DNA of 64,000 nt from positions 995 to 64,994 of the forward strand of contig CAYMOA010000002.1 of NCBI GenBank assembly GCA_964391935.1, written 5' to 3'. This DNA comes from an uncultured Candidatus Saccharibacteria bacterium. GTDB lineage: Bacteria; Patescibacteriota; Minisyncoccia; Phycocordibacterales; UBA5272. Shown here piece by piece: positions 9,197 through 19,311 of the stretch. The notes under the pieces were generated by a model. It was not told the origin of the DNA. It worked only from the letters and a program-made list of their open reading frames with translations, and ran no database searches. How positions within the stretch are numbered: position 1 is the stretch's first letter; each line of letters opens with the position of its first letter. The translations under genes were made by a program, and so were the position numbers.

Positions 9197-11008
9197 TTAG
9201 TCAATCACCATCCTGTACCACCTCAATTGTTCATAGGTATACTTTTCTTTGAGGTCATTAAAGACTGTGGACAGCTTAATTTTCCCTTCCTCATCGACTT
9301 TCAACTTGTTTTTTTTAAAACTTTTTTTAATATCGTTAGGAATATTAAAAACTTTAACCCCACTGGGTTGGATTTTCTCCAAATCATTTTTAGTTAACTT
9401 TTCTTTTTCAAAAAGTTCTTCTACATGTTTAGAGATACTTTCCTGTTTGATATCTCGGAGTTCTGCTATTTCTCCTAAACTTTTTCCTTCCTTTATCAAA
9501 TCTAAAGTTATTTCTATTGTTGGTTTTTTATCAACTCCATTTTGCACTTCTCCTTTCACCCCTCCTTCCCAGATGCCACCACACTTTTCTACAAATATTT
9601 TTTGCAAGTTTTCTATTTTTTCTTTTTCCTCCTTTTGCGACTTTTTAAACTTATCTTGGATGAACCTCGAGTCTTTTCTGATCTTTTCATCAAACTCAGA
9701 AATAATACTATTAACCTGCAAACTTTTAGGGTTATAGCTTTTTAAAAATAATCCTTCGAGAGAACGCAGTCTGGAAAGTGCCACATAGCCTTGCCCAAAC
9801 TCAAAAGTCTCACCCAAGTTGATGATCGCCTCATCGAGAGACATACCCTGAGACTTGTGAACTGTGATAGCCCAGGCGAGGCGTAGTGGGTACTGCATGA
9901 TTTTGGCTTTTACTTTTCCCTCGTCCTCGTATTTCCATTCTTCTTGTTTGGCATCAATTATTTTTCCATTTGTCGTCTCAATAACTATCCCGTCTTTGTC
10001 CAGGTCTTGGACAATCCCCATGGTACCATTCACATATTTACCCTCCATATCATTTTTAGTAAAAATAACTTTAGCACCGACTTTTAGTTTTAAAGTCTCT
10101 GGAGATAAACAAGATTTGATTAGGTTCTCAACCAAACTGGCTCTGCCCTGTGTAAACATGTTGTAGGTAAAAACTTTTCCGTCTAGTGAATTCAACTTTC
10201 CTTCATTTATCTCGTCCACATTTTTATTGTGCGAATGCAGTTCGAGAATGTCCTGCTCCTCCTGGGTTTCAAGTGCTTTTTCTTTTTTTACTTCTACTTT
10301 TTTTTCTAAAATTATTTCTTCTTCCTCCCACTCACCTTCATTTTTTTCTTTTGGTAATTCCCAACCAAATTTTTCAAATGTTTTTTTCTTTAAATCCTCA
10401 AGTATTTCTACATGAAACTCATCAATATTATTTTCTCTTATCGCCATAAGTAGTTTGGTAAAAGTCTCGTCAGTCTGACGAAATTGTTCTTCTAGATAAC
10501 AGGTTAACGGTCGGGCTTCTTTCCATGCAGAACTCATAAATGCAAAATATTTGGTAGCTTCCCCTCTTTTCGTCACGGGTGGCAGTTGGAAAAAATCTCC
10601 AACAAAAATCATCTGGATCCCTCCAAAAGCTTTCTCACTTTTTTTCACCGCTTTTAAAATCACATTTACTTTGTCCAATACCTTAGCATCGAGCATAGAT
10701 ATCTCATCTATTATTAAAACTTTGGTATCAACCAGTTTTTTGTACAGCTTTTCACGTTGCATTATCTGCTCGATCACATCTTGGTCGAGGTAGTCGACCA
10801 CACCGATACCAATAAAAGAGTGGAGAGTTCGTCCACCGATGTGAGTTGCTGCGATACCGGTCGAGGCAGTGATCGCAGGGAAAATTCCCTTGTCTTTTAA
10901 CCACTCCACATACTTATTGATCACATAAGTTTTCCCGGCTCCTGGTACCCCAGTCAGAAAAACATTACTCCCAGTTTTTAAAATCTCCAACGCCTCTCTT
11001 TGTAACAT
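9197..11008 (-). CDS. PIF1-family SF1B helicase with C-terminal HTH
   Basis: GVPGAGKT, IIDEISM, GDFFQLPPV, AWAITVHKSQG and YVALSR motifs. Confidence 0.92.
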   Translation of the reverse strand: MLQREALEILKTGSNVFLTGVPGAGKTYVINKYVEWLKDKGIFPAITASTGIAATHIGGRTLHSFIGIGVVDYLDQDVIEQIMQREKLYKKLVDTKVLIIDEISMLDAKVLDKVNVILKAVKKSEKAFGGIQMIFVGDFFQLPPVTKRGEATKYFAFMSSAWKEARPLTCYLEEQFRQTDETFTKLLMAIRENNIDEFHVEILEDLKKKTFEKFGWELPKEKNEGEWEEEEIILEKKVEVKKEKALETQEEQDILELHSHNKNVDEINEGKLNSLDGKVFTYNMFTQGRASLVENLIKSCLSPETLKLKVGAKVIFTKNDMEGKYVNGTMGIVQDLDKDGIVIETTNGKIIDAKQEEWKYEDEGKVKAKIMQYPLRLAWAITVHKSQGMSLDEAIINLGETFEFGQGYVALSRLRSLEGLFLKSYNPKSLQVNSIISEFDEKIRKDSRFIQDKFKKSQKEEKEKIENLQKIFVEKCGGIWEGGVKGEVQNGVDKKPTIEITLDLIKEGKSLGEIAELRDIKQESISKHVEELFEKEKLTKNDLEKIQPSGVKVFNIPNDIKKSFKKNKLKVDEEGKIKLSTVFNDLKEKYTYEQLRWYRMVID

Positions 11009-11010
11009 TT

Positions 11011-11586
11011 TTACAGTATACTACATCCCAATTCTTCCAATTTTTCTGCAACTTTTCTAAGTGGCAATCCCATGGCATTAAAAAAATCTCCTTCTATTTT
11101 TTCTATTAATAATGCACCTTTTTCTTGTAAAGCATAAGAACCAGCACGATCAAGTGGCTCTCCTGTATCTATATACTCTTCGATCATTTTTTCTGAAAGA
11201 TTCATCATTTTTACCTTTGTACTTTCTGCAAAAGTTTGTATCAAGTTATTGGAAGTATCTAAAATGGCAACACCAGTTAAAATCTCATGATTTTTCCCAC
11301 TTAACATTTGTAACATTTCTTTAGCTTTTTCTTTAGTAAAAGGTTTTCCTAGTTTATGATTTTCAAAAACTATAAAAGTGTCAGCAGAGATAATTATAGA
11401 GTCAGGATATTTATCTTTCACAGAATTTACTTTTCCAGATGCTAGAAATAGGACTAATTCCTCTGGATCCATTTGCAATGTCATGTCCTCTTCGTAATCA
11501 ATTGAAACAACTTCAAAAGGAATTTTTAATTTCTCTAATATTTCTTTTCTCCTAGGAGAGGTCGAAGCTAGTATAATTTTTTTCAT
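11011..11586 (-). CDS. maf: Maf nucleoside triphosphate pyrophosphatase
   Basis: ILASTSPRR, ADT, KP, AGSYALQ and GLP motifs. Confidence 0.93.
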   Translation of the reverse strand: MKKIILASTSPRRKEILEKLKIPFEVVSIDYEEDMTLQMDPEELVLFLASGKVNSVKDKYPDSIIISADTFIVFENHKLGKPFTKEKAKEMLQMLSGKNHEILTGVAILDTSNNLIQTFAESTKVKMMNLSEKMIEEYIDTGEPLDRAGSYALQEKGALLIEKIEGDFFNAMGLPLRKVAEKLEELGCSIL

Positions 11587-11593
11587 TTGTGTC

Positions 11594-11890
11594 TTATTTT
11601 ATCTTCTCTAAATTTTCCCAACCGTAATAATTAAACATTTTTTTCTCCGGGCTTTTCTCACTACAAATAATTCTCGCGAGTTCGGCACGACCACCACTTG
11701 CACAAACAAACACTACATTTTCTTTTGGTGTATTTTTTATCTCATCTATTTTCCCTGCTAATATTTCTCCCATCGGGATATTTACTGACCTTTCGTCATG
11801 ACCACTTACAAATTCACCTTTATCTCTCACATCCACCAACAAACTATTTTCCAAATTTATATTTTCATTTAATTCATTCATATTTCTCAA
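11594..11890 (-). CDS. Rhodanese-like domain protein
   Basis: LVDVR..GH...NIP and CASGGRA motifs. Confidence 0.85.
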   Translation of the reverse strand: MRNMNELNENINLENSLLVDVRDKGEFVSGHDERSVNIPMGEILAGKIDEIKNTPKENVVFVCASGGRAELARIICSEKSPEKKMFNYYGWENLEKIK

Positions 11891-12125
11891 ATCTTTTTAT
11901 TTTTTGACCATTCCATTCTACCACCTCTTCCCAACTTTTTAAAAGTCTAGAGAAACATGGAAAATCAGGGTTTTCGTACGCAGCCTCATACACAACACAG
12001 ATCTCATCTGGGTCATTATGTTCTGCAATCAAAATAACTTTGTACAAATCCCCTTTATAGTGTTTATATACTTCCCCAACCTTTGGACAATTTTCTGGCA
12101 CTATAGCTTTATCACCTCTTGTCAT
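11874..12125 (-). CDS. DUF1653 family protein
   Basis: YKHYKGDLY...VVYEA...RF pattern. Confidence 0.85.
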   Translation of the reverse strand: MTRGDKAIVPENCPKVGEVYKHYKGDLYKVILIAEHNDPDEICVVYEAAYENPDFPCFSRLLKSWEEVVEWNGQKIKRFEKYE

Positions 12126-12145
12126 ATATTTTCTATTGTAATATC

Positions 12146-13132
12146 CTACCTCCCTCTTCTCATTGAAGATTTCCTATTATCTAATGCCTCGGAAATTTCT
12201 TTGATTTTCTCTAATGTCAGTGGCTCAAAAAGATCAGTCTGAAAAAAAATATTGTCTAAATATCTACTTCGCGAATACTTTAATGTTGCTTTGCTGCTTA
12301 GAGATTGTTTAATCTTAACGAAATTCTCACTAATTACATCCGCACTCTTTATGAATCTGTCATAATCTCTTTTTACTAATGTAGGTAATATTATAGTAAA
12401 GAAGTCTGATAAAATTTCTTCCTCATCTTTTCTTATGTCACGAATTAAGTTTGAATAAATTTTATAAAATGAATCGTAAATTTCGGAGAAAGAAAAGGTA
12501 AGATCATTTTTTGCCATAATATCTAAGCAAATCCTTAAAATTGGCTCTGTTATAGAGTGTGCCTGAAACTCTAAAGTAGGAAGTCTATCATACATATTTT
12601 CTTGATTTATACCAGAATGCTTGTAATCTAAAAGATATTTTGTATATCTTCCAAAACTGTCATCAGAATTTATTTGATGTGATGCTTCAGCAATGAAACT
12701 TTCCAGAAGTTCGCTTCTGTCTAAATATATAGTTTTACCTATATAAAATGCTGGGTAGTCCACCCTCCCAACTGTTCTCTGGAGAGCTTTTGCCGCCATA
12801 ACTTTGATTTTATCTTTTTTTGAATCCTCTTCCCCGACAATAACTATATCCAAATTTGGTAAGATTTTAGAAAAAAAATCTGTAAATCTTTTTGCCATAA
12901 GATTTAATTCCTCGTTATTATCTATATTTTTTCTTTTTGAATACCCTAATGTATACTCTGCGGCAATTTCATAAAACAAATTTCTTGTTCTTTCGTTCCA
13001 TTTATTTGAAGTAGAATCTTCTATAGCCCTATCTTTCATTAGAACAGGAGATTCTTGGTTACTTCCGTATACACCAGCAAGAAATGCAGCTATACCTGCA
13101 GTAGTAATTACTTTTCTTGACTTTCCTTCCAT
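12146..13132 (-). CDS. Hypothetical protein
   Basis: 328-aa ORF in an operon-like run; AEASHQ could be a degenerate metal site. Confidence 0.6.
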   Translation of the reverse strand: MEGKSRKVITTAGIAAFLAGVYGSNQESPVLMKDRAIEDSTSNKWNERTRNLFYEIAAEYTLGYSKRKNIDNNEELNLMAKRFTDFFSKILPNLDIVIVGEEDSKKDKIKVMAAKALQRTVGRVDYPAFYIGKTIYLDRSELLESFIAEASHQINSDDSFGRYTKYLLDYKHSGINQENMYDRLPTLEFQAHSITEPILRICLDIMAKNDLTFSFSEIYDSFYKIYSNLIRDIRKDEEEILSDFFTIILPTLVKRDYDRFIKSADVISENFVKIKQSLSSKATLKYSRSRYLDNIFFQTDLFEPLTLEKIKEISEALDNRKSSMRRGR

Positions 13133-13138
13133 ACAAAA

Positions 13139-13558
13139 CTACATTAATAAAATAAATGTTGCGAGCATGATACCGATCAGTTGCATTCCAAGCATGATCC
13201 CGATTTGTTTTGCCCAATTATGTCTTTTTGTACTACCAAAAATAACCCCTGAAACTGTTACTGGCATCATATAACCAAACCACATAAAGAAAGCGTAGAA
13301 GTACGCAGCTGCACCAACAAGTCCACCAAATGCAATATTACTAGCCAAAACCCAAGTAGTGATGAGAGTGAGAACAAGTTGTAACCCCATAAAAGGCATC
13401 ATAGTCTTTTGCATTTTTTGCAATTCCTCTTTTGAGTAATGAGATACTTCCATGATCGACATCCAGATTTTTCCAAACATAAGTGGAGAATACCAAACAG
13501 CACCAAACACAAATTGCACAACTGCCGCCACTATTACTAATGTATAATTTATTTCCAT
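13139..13558 (-). CDS. DUF1761 family membrane protein
   Basis: GAVWYSPLMFGKIW motif. Confidence 0.85.
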   Translation of the reverse strand: MEINYTLVIVAAVVQFVFGAVWYSPLMFGKIWMSIMEVSHYSKEELQKMQKTMMPFMGLQLVLTLITTWVLASNIAFGGLVGAAAYFYAFFMWFGYMMPVTVSGVIFGSTKRHNWAKQIGIMLGMQLIGIMLATFILLM

Positions 13559-13581
13559 ATATTTTTTATTTTATTTTTTAA

Positions 13582-13998
13582 TTACATCGACGCGATGATA
13601 GCACCCATTGCCAAGAAACAAAGTAAAGACGAACCAATCTCAAATAACCAAAGTTTAGGTGACTTGCCCATCCAGATAACATCCATTGATGTAGCAGTAA
13701 CTACGAACCCAAGCCACACCCAGAAGGCCACACCCATGCCTCCTAAAGCACTCCCAACATTATTGTGGTAGAGAGCTGAAACAAAAATAATATTTGCTAA
13801 ACAGTAAGCTGTTAAAAGGTTTGCTAAGAAATTTTTAAACATCATGCCATACATGTCAGACATTTTTTCTTTTCCAGTTGGTTTGATATTTGCGAGCTTC
13901 ATCCACAGTTTCCCCGCGATAGGACCATGCATTAGAAATCCGATAACAAAACAAGCCACAGCAGCCACGAACACAGCAGTTAAATTAATTGGTAACAT
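13582..13998 (-). CDS. DUF1761 family membrane protein (tandem paralog)
   Basis: NLTAVFVAA..GFLMHGPIAGKLW...WLGF pattern. Confidence 0.82.
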   Translation of the reverse strand: MLPINLTAVFVAAVACFVIGFLMHGPIAGKLWMKLANIKPTGKEKMSDMYGMMFKNFLANLLTAYCLANIIFVSALYHNNVGSALGGMGVAFWVWLGFVVTATSMDVIWMGKSPKLWLFEIGSSLLCFLAMGAIIASM

Positions 13999-14049
13999 AG
14001 ATTTTTCTATTTTTATTTATATAAATTTTAAGTACCACTAAAGTATACA

Positions 14050-14274
14050 CTATTTTATTTCTATCAACTTCTTGGTAGAAAGTGCCCCACTGACTATGCG
14101 CATTCTTTTGTTTGGGTAAAGTTCACCTAGGACTTTTAAAACTTTTTTATTAGCCTGCCCTCGCTCTGCCGCTTCTCGGATATACATTTTAAAATTCAAA
14201 GTCCCGTCTTCGTTTTCTATTTTCTCTATCAACTCTTTCTTAAAATCAGGAAACACCGTTACTTTGATATACAT
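14050..14274 (-). CDS. DUF167/YggU family protein
   Basis: IKVTVFP...GQANKKV...IVSG..S..K pattern. Confidence 0.75.
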   Translation of the reverse strand: MYIKVTVFPDFKKELIEKIENEDGTLNFKMYIREAAERGQANKKVLKVLGELYPNKRMRIVSGALSTKKLIEIK

Positions 14275-14332
14275 GTGTAAATTAAAACAAATTATGGTAT
14301 AATGTCAAGCAAGTAAATAATTAAACAAATAT

Positions 14333-15103
14333 ATGGAGAAAAACGAAACAATGTATATCTTTGGGAAAAACGCAGTTCTGGCTGCACTCCAAAACCGACC
14401 AGACATTATCGAGCGAATCTTTATCGAAAAAGACAAGGGTTTTGAGGCTGGTAAGTTAAATGATTTTGAGAAAAAAGTTGAGGATATTATCAAGGAAAAG
14501 AAAATAAAAAAGGAAATTGTCTCAACTGGTGACCTCTCACGTGAGATGCAAGCTGCCAACCACCAAGGGATATTGGCCAAAGTTCGCGTGGATGACCTAA
14601 CAGTTAACTTTGAATACTTCATCGAGAACTTGGAGATCGACTCAAATGCATGTCTAGTTCTACTCGGCGAACTACAAGATGTACAAAATGTTGGATCTAT
14701 CATCCGCTCGGCAACCGCCTTTGGCGTAGCTGGTATCCTCATCCCTGAACATGACCAAGCCCAAGTAAACGGTACAGTAGTCAAAGTTTCTGCTGGTACC
14801 GCCTTTAACATCCCACTAGTTAAAATAAATAATGTGAACAATTGTATCGAGAAGTTAAAAGAAAAAAGATTCTGGGTTTATGGACTAGACGTGTCAGGTG
14901 AAAAAACTATTTACGAAGAAGACTTTACAGAAGCAACTTGTTTTGTGATCGGTAACGAAGGTGACGGAATACGCGCAAAAACTAAAGAAGCTTGTGACAT
15001 GCTTTTAAATATCCCTATCTCACAAAATGTAGAAAGTCTGAACGCTTCTATCTCAACAGCGATAACTTTGTACGAGTGGAGAAAACAAAAGTTGGCTAAA
15101 TAG
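14333..15103 (+). CDS. rlmB: 23S rRNA Gm2251 methyltransferase (SPOUT/TrmH family)
   Basis: NHQGI, QDVQNVGSIIRSA, GNEGDG and ESLNAS motifs. Confidence 0.9.
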   Translation: MEKNETMYIFGKNAVLAALQNRPDIIERIFIEKDKGFEAGKLNDFEKKVEDIIKEKKIKKEIVSTGDLSREMQAANHQGILAKVRVDDLTVNFEYFIENLEIDSNACLVLLGELQDVQNVGSIIRSATAFGVAGILIPEHDQAQVNGTVVKVSAGTAFNIPLVKINNVNNCIEKLKEKRFWVYGLDVSGEKTIYEEDFTEATCFVIGNEGDGIRAKTKEACDMLLNIPISQNVESLNASISTAITLYEWRKQKLAK

Positions 15104-16919
15104 TTAAAGTATTTTCTAAAGTAGATGTTCGCGTGACATAATTATTTTTTGTATATTCTTGCCAAGAGTTTTTGAATTCTAAATTTTTATTTAATAATTC
15201 TTCAAAACTTCCCTCGTCAACAATCTTACCCTCTTGCATAATAAGTATCCTGTCAAAATATTTTAATAAATTCATTTTGTGAATCGAAGCAAAAATTGTA
15301 GCTCCTTTAAAATTTTCAAAAATGTTGTGGTAAATTTTTACTTCGTTAATAGGATCAACAGAACTTGTAGACTCATCGAGCAAAATAAGTTTTTTGTTTT
15401 TTGAAAACAAAAGTGCCCGAGCCAATGCTAATCTCTGTTTCTGTCCACCCGAAAGGTTTACCCCTTTTTCATTAATTATCGATAGTATTTTATTTGGGAG
15501 GTTTTCTATAACTTCGGAAAACATGGACATATCTGTGGCTTTTTTTATTTCTGCATCAGAAAAATCTGAGAGCAAGGTCAGGTTTTCTTTTATACTTGCA
15601 GAAAAAACTTCTGGCTCTTGTGGTACGAGAGCAGAGGCAATATCTAATTTTGCTAACTCAAAATCATTCAACTTTTTATTATCAACTTCTACATTTGCAA
15701 AGATGCCTTCGTACATACCATGGATTATTTTTAGTAAAGTTGATTTACCAGAACCAGACTCACCTATGATCGCTACCTTCTCTCCACTAGAAAAAGAAAA
15801 AATTAAATCGTCTACAACTTTTCTATCATCACCATTGTAACTGAAATTCAAATTTTCTATAGAAATTTTTTTCCAATCCTTAAAACTTTTTTGTTTGATT
15901 TTGTTTAACTTTATAAAATTTTCTTCTATTTCCTTTACTCCCAAAACCCTCGACCTTTGAATAGTTATGTCATCATAAGTCCCTGCGATATTTTGATAAA
16001 CATTTTCGAAATTCTTCAAATACATGAACAAAGAAGAAATTGTACCAACCAAAATCTCCTTTCCGTTTATAAAATCAAAATATATGTAAACTACAACCGA
16101 GGCAGTTATCAAAAAATCAAAAACAAACCCACCAGTAAACCATTTCTTTTCAACTAAAATCTTGTTTTTCATATAAAGCGAAAAAGACTTCCACCAAGCA
16201 TTTTTTATACCGAGCAAGATTGAATCTTCTATTTTTAAAACTTTAACACTAGTCACATTTGACAGTGCATCAAAAACTTTTGCCTGAGCTTTATTATCAA
16301 ACTCATTGATATCTTTATATTGCGGTATCAATGTTTTATCAAACTGCAACAAGATAAAAATTGCAAGACATAAAAGTAATACAGCAAAAAAACCAACATA
16401 AACATTAAAATAAACTAGAACTGAAGTCGTTACTATAATATTAACCAAAACTCCTAAAACCACAAAAGTGGACCTAGAGAACTGAAACACAGCCGCGGTT
16501 GCTTTATCAACTTTGTCTATGGTGTCCCCAGAATCGTGGTCAGAGTGCCAAGTGATCGGCAAACTCAAGACAGCATTGTACAAATATTTTTTATAATTCC
16601 TGTCGACTTTATAACCAAGTCTTCTCTCCATAACTCTACTTGGTCCATGAAAAAACCATCCGGAGACTGCAGAGAAAAATATCAGAAACAAAAGTGTAAA
16701 AATATGGTAAAGGTTTTCTGATGTCACTCCATTTTTCTGAATTTCATTTAATACTAAACCAAAAATAAAAGGTTCTAACATCCAAGTAAGTCTTCCAAAG
16801 ATCGATAGTACCCACATCACAATTACCTCTCTTTTAGAATCCTCTGAAAATCGCCACATGCGCCCCACCATGAAAATTACTGGTTCTTGTGAGATTTTTT
16901 CTTTAAGTCTTTTAAACAT
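15096..16919 (-). CDS. ABC exporter, fused permease/ATPase
   Basis: N-terminal TMs; GESGSGKS, LSGGQKQR and LLDEST motifs. Confidence 0.92.
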   Translation of the reverse strand: MFKRLKEKISQEPVIFMVGRMWRFSEDSKREVIVMWVLSIFGRLTWMLEPFIFGLVLNEIQKNGVTSENLYHIFTLLFLIFFSAVSGWFFHGPSRVMERRLGYKVDRNYKKYLYNAVLSLPITWHSDHDSGDTIDKVDKATAAVFQFSRSTFVVLGVLVNIIVTTSVLVYFNVYVGFFAVLLLCLAIFILLQFDKTLIPQYKDINEFDNKAQAKVFDALSNVTSVKVLKIEDSILLGIKNAWWKSFSLYMKNKILVEKKWFTGGFVFDFLITASVVVYIYFDFINGKEILVGTISSLFMYLKNFENVYQNIAGTYDDITIQRSRVLGVKEIEENFIKLNKIKQKSFKDWKKISIENLNFSYNGDDRKVVDDLIFSFSSGEKVAIIGESGSGKSTLLKIIHGMYEGIFANVEVDNKKLNDFELAKLDIASALVPQEPEVFSASIKENLTLLSDFSDAEIKKATDMSMFSEVIENLPNKILSIINEKGVNLSGGQKQRLALARALLFSKNKKLILLDESTSSVDPINEVKIYHNIFENFKGATIFASIHKMNLLKYFDRILIMQEGKIVDEGSFEELLNKNLEFKNSWQEYTKNNYVTRTSTLENTLTI

Positions 16920-16944
16920 TCACACATTATACCATCAACTTTAT

Positions 16945-17400
16945 TTAGATTTCTAGAACTTCTTTGGCATGTATATTTTCTTTAGTAGATACTTTTCCAA
17001 AGATTTTGATTACTTTTCCCTTTTCATCAAATAAATAAGAAATTCTATTAATCCCCATATACTTTTTACCGTACATACTTTTCTCACCCCAAGCTCCAAA
17101 CTTTTGTATAGTCTCTGTCGACTCATCTGATAATAAATCAAAATTTAATTTATATTTCAGAGCAAACTTTTTATGACTTTTTACTGAGTCCTTGGAAATC
17201 CCAACAATCACAATCCCTTTCTCTTCAAAATGTTTTATAAAATCCCGAAAGCCACAGGCCTCCATAGTGCAACCTGGGGTGTCGTCTTTGGGGTAAAAAT
17301 AAATTAAAACTTTTTTATTTTTAAAATCTTTTTCACTCACAAACTCACCTTCTTGGTTTTGTAATTTAAATATTGGTAATTTATCTCCTGTTTTTAACAT
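16945..17400 (-). CDS. bcp: Peroxiredoxin Bcp/PrxQ
   Basis: YFYPKDDTPGCTMEAC motif. Confidence 0.93.
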   Translation of the reverse strand: MLKTGDKLPIFKLQNQEGEFVSEKDFKNKKVLIYFYPKDDTPGCTMEACGFRDFIKHFEEKGIVIVGISKDSVKSHKKFALKYKLNFDLLSDESTETIQKFGAWGEKSMYGKKYMGINRISYLFDEKGKVIKIFGKVSTKENIHAKEVLEI

Positions 17401-17402
17401 AA

Positions 17403-18149
17403 TTATTTTAGTAACTTAGACTGTTCATCCATATTCTTTGCAGCTTCTTTTCGGTTCTCTTTGCTCATTAAATCTCTACCAACGTTTAACATAAATCTAC
17501 CCTGGTCAAGTCCAAATAATTTTACTGTTTCTAGAAAAATTTTCAGATCACCTCCTTGTGCTCCTATTCCTGGGACCAGGAACTTTACTTTTTCATCTTT
17601 GATTCTTTTTAAGAATTCTTGAAAATATATATTTTCTTTTTCATAAGTACCACCTAAAACTAACCAGTCAGCTCCCGCCTCTAAACTTTCTTCTAATCTG
17701 TCCTGCCACAAATTTTTACCAGTGACCGGGTTAATATATGTCGACTCACGCAAAAATTCTGGATTACTCATTAACCCCATATTTATGCTCCCTATATTAT
17801 TTTCTCGACAAAAATTAATGACTTCTTTTGCATTCCCTGCATAGGCTGCAATCGTAATAAAATCATAACCTAATACTTTGGCCGCACGTACTCCCTCAAA
17901 ATTACTATGACCTACTTCTGAAAGTTTTTCATCGAAAATAGATACCAAGTCTTTTTGTTTACACAGCTCGGCTATTTTTTTCATAATTTCATTACCATTT
18001 GGAAATTTAAAAAAAAATTTTGGGTTAACTTTTATCCCGGCCACATGCTCACTAACTTCTTCTATATATTTTAAACACCACTCTAGTGGGTCACTCCCTT
18101 TTAATATTTCTTCTGTTGGGTCGCAGCCCGCAATTATATTATTTCTCAT
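17403..18149 (-). CDS. pyrF: Orotidine-5'-phosphate decarboxylase (divergent)
   Basis: GCDP, DEKLSEV (variant of DxKxxD), LVPGIGAQGG and NVGR motifs. Confidence 0.75.
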   Translation of the reverse strand: MRNNIIAGCDPTEEILKGSDPLEWCLKYIEEVSEHVAGIKVNPKFFFKFPNGNEIMKKIAELCKQKDLVSIFDEKLSEVGHSNFEGVRAAKVLGYDFITIAAYAGNAKEVINFCRENNIGSINMGLMSNPEFLRESTYINPVTGKNLWQDRLEESLEAGADWLVLGGTYEKENIYFQEFLKRIKDEKVKFLVPGIGAQGGDLKIFLETVKLFGLDQGRFMLNVGRDLMSKENRKEAAKNMDEQSKLLK

Positions 18150-19272
18150 ATACTTTTTCGGTTTCGTCTAACATATTTTTAAGAGAATATATTTTTGGTA
18201 AATTGGTTTCTGTATGAGGTTTATTTAAATTCTCCAAAATTTTATTTTTTATTTGCTCGACATTTTTTGCTTCTACCAAGTCAATGGAAATATGTTTTGC
18301 CATCTCAGGAATCCCTCCCACCGCACTAGCGACTATTGGCACTCCTGCCATACTCGCTTCGATCAAAGTATAAGGCAAACCTTCTTTTACACTTGTAAGA
18401 GTAAAGACGTCCAGACCACGCAGATATTTATAAGCATCAACAGTTTTACCTAAAAAGAAAAAGTTATTGGCTAGATTATTTTTTCTTACTTTTACTTCTA
18501 ACTCTTCTCTATACTTCTCGTCTCCAAAACCTAAAACCAAAAAAATAGTATTGGGACTAACTTTTTTGATTTGAGCTGCTGCATCTATAAAATATTCTAA
18601 GCCTTTGGTTTTGTACAGATTGGAAATGGTGCCGACTATTTTTGATGAACTTTTTCCAAATGGAACAGGTGGAGTTTTTTCTAATAAATATTTTCTCGCC
18701 TCTTCTCTACTTAAAATTTTACTTTTTAAACTCTCATCCAGACCATTGTAAATTATTTTATAAGACCCCTCCTGACCACGAAGAATTAATAATTTTTTAC
18801 CGAGATTATAATCAACTGGAGAAATGAGGATAGTAAAGCTGCGAGCAAAGCTAGACACAAGTTCTAAGAAAACAAAGAAATATTTTTTTATAAAACTCAT
18901 CGGCTCTAGAAAAACAAAACCATGCACAGTGTAGATTGATCTGGTCCTCCCAAAAAATATATTGTAAATAAAACAAGCGAGACCCCCAACTACCCCAACT
19001 TTGGAACTATGCAGGTGCACCACGTCGGGTTTTGTTTTCTTCAGCAAATCTATTATTTCCCACACAGCTTTTACATCTTTTTTTATTATTACTTCTCTTT
19101 GTAAATTTTTTAATTCAAAATCAGCTTGCAACCATTTGTCTCCCTCATTTTCTATTTCTCCCACAGCAATAAAAACTTCGTGACCTCTCTCTTTCATTCC
19201 CACAGACAAATCCAGCACATTTTTCTGCGCCCCTCCCCACTCACCCTGTGTAACTATATACAAAATCCTCAT
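18139..19272 (-). CDS. Glycosyltransferase family 4
   Basis: GGAQ, HLHSSK, TVHG and EGLPYTLIEA motifs; start set at MRILY. Confidence 0.9.
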   Translation of the reverse strand: MRILYIVTQGEWGGAQKNVLDLSVGMKERGHEVFIAVGEIENEGDKWLQADFELKNLQREVIIKKDVKAVWEIIDLLKKTKPDVVHLHSSKVGVVGGLACFIYNIFFGRTRSIYTVHGFVFLEPMSFIKKYFFVFLELVSSFARSFTILISPVDYNLGKKLLILRGQEGSYKIIYNGLDESLKSKILSREEARKYLLEKTPPVPFGKSSSKIVGTISNLYKTKGLEYFIDAAAQIKKVSPNTIFLVLGFGDEKYREELEVKVRKNNLANNFFFLGKTVDAYKYLRGLDVFTLTSVKEGLPYTLIEASMAGVPIVASAVGGIPEMAKHISIDLVEAKNVEQIKNKILENLNKPHTETNLPKIYSLKNMLDETEKVYEK

Positions 19273-19311
19273 AGATTTATGATAATCTCTATTACCAAAA
19301 AAGTCCAATTT